A DNA stretch of 63,591 nucleotides, counting the filler, from Rhabdomonas costata (Eukaryota): assembly GCA_019059605.1 (NCBI GenBank). It is 55 parts of 55 records of this genome, joined end to end, with 100 filler letters (N's around TTAATTAATTAA, not from the genome) between each part and the next. Parts side by side here need not be neighbours in the genome. Positions count along the whole stretch, not along the records: positions 59,060 to 60,117 come from JAHMHO010030905.1; positions 60,218 to 61,275 come from JAHMHO010030906.1; positions 61,376 to 62,433 come from JAHMHO010030907.1; positions 62,534 to 63,591 come from JAHMHO010030908.1; 51 more parts are not named here. The stretch is one strand, 5' to 3'. Below, in pieces: positions 59,901 to 63,591 of this stretch (position 1 is the first letter of the stretch; the number at the start of each line of letters is the position of its first letter). Position numbers and translations under genes: made by a program. The notes under the pieces are model-generated. The model searched no databases, was not told the origin of the DNA, and saw only the letters and a program-made list of their open reading frames with translations.

Positions 59901-61375
59901 AAACTGACCACAGAACCTCAAACCTCATAGGCGAGATGTAATAACACGCATAAGGTCGTAAGGTCGTACGGTTTTAATGTCCAAAAAAAGCAGAAAAATT
60001 CCTGAAACACCCCATAAAGTCGGGTGCCATGCGAAAAACCCATGTCAAGATATCAACAGAAAACCGCAGCAGACTTTTCCCTAAAAAAAATATCGCATGT
60101 AAGGCAAAAACCCACCCNNNNNNNNNNNNNNNNNNNNNNNNNNNNNNNNNNNNNNNNNNNNTTAATTAATTAANNNNNNNNNNNNNNNNNNNNNNNNNNN
60201 NNNNNNNNNNNNNNNNNGTTTGTGCCTTTTTTGTCACTCCTGCGCGTTGTTGCGGTCTCACCCGGTCACTCGCAGGTCTTGCTCTCCAGCTCTCTTCCCA
60301 ATTTTCTACCTCAAACCCTTTCTCTTCCTTACCCAGCCACCCAAGGCTAGGGGTGTCCATCTATCATCTTTATGTTGTTTTGTAATATAGTATGTGGGAA
60401 GTTGGGCAGAAAGTTCTTTCTTGCCGGGGCACTGCCCTCTTTGCTTCCTTCATCTGTGATTGTGTGCAGATTCTTTGCTCTCTGCTACCCTTTTGCTCAT
60501 TCGTCTGGTTTGCCGGTCCGGACGCGTCGCTCCCTTCCTATTTTGTTGGATTGGGTTCGGGCTCGGGCTTTGCACTTTGTCGCGCTTCCTTCAAGCGCAG
60601 CGGTTGCTTCCGCTCAACCAGAAATTGTGGTTGCGTTTTGGGTTTGTGGCTCGGCCTGCCCCAGTTTGATGTGTGGAGCAAGACGAGGAGGGTAACCTTT
60701 CAATACCAACCCAAGAAATGAGGCGAAACTCGCTCGGTGGCACCATCGGATTCTTGTTCTTCTAAATTTGCGCTAGCAGCGCCCAGCACCAGCCACAACC
60801 ATGAGTCACAAGATCCACAAAACGTGGTGGCTTTCATTGGAAATGGAAATGAAAATGCAGGCAATGCTCTTGGAAGCCTATCAGATAGCATCAGCGCTAT
60901 AATGTGCAGTCCGAGGATTTGAATCCGTCAGTTCCGTCAGCTGCCCGCTCCGGCCGCGCCGTGGCGGCTGGCATTCGCCTAAATATTGTTTGGAACCTCT
61001 CCCAGAGCCCTTCATCATGTCATCAAATCAAGAGAACACCCACACCGACACGTGTACCTAATCCTTTTCTTGTCAAACAGGTCTTTCCCACTCGTTCAAG
61101 GGCTTCCACTCAAGCCGAAGCGCCTAGGGATTTGTGTGACTGCACAAATGAGTCAAATGAGGTTGCGAGGCGGTATTTGCTCCCCCGCCCTCCGCCAGAC
61201 GGCGGCTCTATCTCTCCCACTGTCTTGTTCTGCTTCTTCCCCTCACAGCGTGGGGGTTTGACGTGACACCCCCCCNNNNNNNNNNNNNNNNNNNNNNNNN
61301 NNNNNNNNNNNNNNNNNNNTTAATTAATTAANNNNNNNNNNNNNNNNNNNNNNNNNNNNNNNNNNNNNNNNNNNN

Positions 61376-62413
61376 GGTTGGTTGAGCCGTGGGTGCCGCA
61401 GGTTTCACTCACTCGTTCCGAGAAGACGGTGATGAACGTGGCGGTTGACCTGCCGAGTCGGACGACGGACGCAGAGTTGGAACCAAGGACTCTGGAAGTG
61501 TCGTTTAAGACAAACCTTCTGGAGGTGCAGCCTACACTAGTCAAGGTTTTATACGAGTTGAGGGATCTCGCAATCAGGTTGAAGGTGCCTCAAAACGGGT
61601 GGAAGAACGGAGAGGATGCAGTCGAGCATCCTGGTTGGGCGAGACGAAACCATTTTAGCGGGAGAGTCGTCGAGGAGACACCTCTTTGTACCATCAGGCC
61701 TGCGGATTCGTCCGCTCTTGCCTCAGTTGTACTCGCCAAGGAGTCAGTCGAGCTTGAGAAGACCAGCGTCTGTGAACGCTCAGTTCTTCCGCAGCGAGTG
61801 GTACGCAGTTAAAGACGGAAGGAGCAGGTGAGTGCAAGTGAGCACTGTAAGGTTTCCCCTGTGGTGTGGTGTGGGAAAAGAGGGGAGCCCCATTAAGAAA
61901 GCTGTTCCTGACGAATGGGGCTCATTGTTGACGTTTGGTACCGAGAGTTAAAAAGAGTGTAGTGCATCAAAGAGGAAGGCCATTCGTGACCAAGGACGGA
62001 TGTCGTACGGACCCGACTTTGTGAAGAGAGCGCAAAGTGGAAGTGGAGAGTCGTAGGTCGAAGAGCTTAGATTGGAGTTTAGCAGGGGAGCAGTGCGGAT
62101 CCGAGGGGGGCGAAAAGACGTGTTGAGAGCAGACCCTTTGTTTGCCCCTTTGTTCACCTTGCCATTTGAAAAGATGGACCCAGAGTGGGACGGGTTCTTG
62201 GAGAACTTGAAGGACCCGCGTCCTCTTCAACCCTTGCTTTTCTTGCCAATGGTTGTGGAACAGAAGCAGGTGAGAGCGCTCCTGGATTCTGGGGCGTCAG
62301 ACTCTTTTGCAAGTTTGTATGTGGTGAGGGAGTTGGGGTTACAGAAGTTTAATTTGAAGCAACCTCTGACGGTAAGAGTGGCCAATGGTGAAAAGCTGGC
62401 TGTGACAAATTAA
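61376..62413 (+). mobile_element. Ty3/Gypsy-like gag-pol fragment with retropepsin protease
   Basis: VRALLDSGASDSFAS..VVRELGL....LKQPLTVRVANGE (about 62270-62400) is a typical LTR-retrotransposon aspartyl protease. The upstream region is broken by stops and frameshifts. Confidence 0.85.
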
Positions 62414-62863
62414 ACTTCTGTAACCCCACCCCCNNNNNNNNNNNNNNNNNNNNNNNNNNNNNNNNNNNNNNNNNNNNTTAATTAATTAANNNNNNNNNNN
62501 NNNNNNNNNNNNNNNNNNNNNNNNNNNNNNNNNTGTTCTGTTGAGATCGCCATAAAAAACGCCCCCCTCGTAGTAACATAGCTCAGCCCATACTTTATGA
62601 ACCTGGGCTACCACCATCCTTAACTTCGACGAGGAGAGGCTCACCGGCGAAAACACGGTGACGATCAAGGAATGGCTTGATCCTTAACGGTAACACCATT
62701 TAATAACCTCTATACAAATCAGGCTGTTTAGATTACATCCTCTGAAAAATTGAAAACACCATATGTTGCAGAGCTTTTTATCGAATACTTGGCCACAGTA
62801 AATTGCATAATTTTGCGTAATTTCCCACCAGAACAAAATGCTTACTAGCGTTTTTGATACGGG

Positions 62864-63080
62864 ATGTGCACTGTGATTGATATCAATCAACAATGTAGTT
62901 CACCACTCCATTTAGGTGCGCATTTAGATGAGAAATTTGCGCTTTATAAAATGCAGCAAATCGCGGATGTGATGCCCTTAAATGGAACTATAGAAAAGTT
63001 CCCCATTTTATTGCGCATTGCTATAGAATTTTGGACTTCACGTTTTGAAGTTGTGGGATTCAAATAAGAGAAAATGGCGG
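62864..63080 (+). mobile_element. Possible decayed hAT transposase C-terminus
   Basis: SPLHLGAHLDEKF and KFPILLRIA loosely resemble the hAT motifs PLH.AA..LDP.F and FP.L..IA. The contig is AT-richer and has many stops. Confidence 0.25.
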
Positions 63081-63591
63081 ATGTATTGTATGACTCATGT
63101 TTCTCACTTTGTGGCGTTTTGTGATGTAAATCTCCGCAAATTCAAAAATGTTAACATCAACATGCATATTTATAGCACCACTGCAACCAGATAGGACACG
63201 TTGACACCGTTAAACCAAATACAGCTGTGCCTTACACTACTAGAAGGCATATCGCCAAAAAAGCGTTGAATATTGGCATAGATTTGCAAGATGATATACT
63301 TGAAATACGGCGTGCGAAAGCAAATGCACACAATAAAAGTTGCAAAAGTGTTAAGACTCAAATATTTCCATATCAAAACATGTATTTTCATTAATTTTAA
63401 TGGCAAATAAATTAGAAAAGCGTAAATTGTACACGCCTTAATTACAGCATTGAGTATAATTTGTTAAGTATTATAAATAACCACAAAAAACGCGCACACA
63501 CGTGATATAGGTAATGAGTATTGACGGGATTTTGGCAAAGACAAAACCAGAGAAATGTCAGCACTTCCAGCAAATGGTGCGCTAAACACAA

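Noticed and set aside
1060-62533. Regularly spaced TTAATTAATTAA motif with ~1.06-kb unique intervals (array, nanochromosome or minicircle-like)
   Set aside because: It is embedded in fixed N44 padding and is a six-frame-stop scaffold linker. ORFs ending in XXXX-LIN are artefacts of it.

Overview
This window is not a continuous locus. It is 55 unrelated contigs of about 1.05-1.06 kb, joined by an artificial 100-nt linker (N44-TTAATTAATTAA-N44, stops in all six frames), so no synteny can be read across linkers. Many contig ends carry G/T-only (or A/C-only) tags and fold-back inverted repeats typical of GenomePlex-type whole-genome amplification (WGA). The source is an intron-rich eukaryote with GT-AG and frequent GC-AG introns. 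By inference it is a euglenozoan, most likely a euglenid; this is unverified. Recognisable content includes a cluster of five tRNA genes (Glu-CTC, Trp-CCA, Leu-CAA, Gly-CCC, Ser-GCT) and decayed LINE and Ty3/Gypsy remnants. Exon fragments include a class III nucleotidyl cyclase, kinesin-3, GcvH, MBF1, a CK1-like kinase, MoaE, PanE, and LRR, PDZ, GAF and EF-hand proteins. One very AT-rich, intronless insulinase contig looks foreign (virus or symbiont). The most interesting signal is a set of intron-bearing, bacterial-type low-oxygen enzymes: a fused-type indolepyruvate:ferredoxin oxidoreductase, an Fe-S D-lactate dehydrogenase (Dld-II type) and a PPi-phosphofructokinase with an altered catalytic motif. 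All family calls are by-eye motif recognition, not database searches. No complete novel multi-gene system can be demonstrated from 1-kb fragments.
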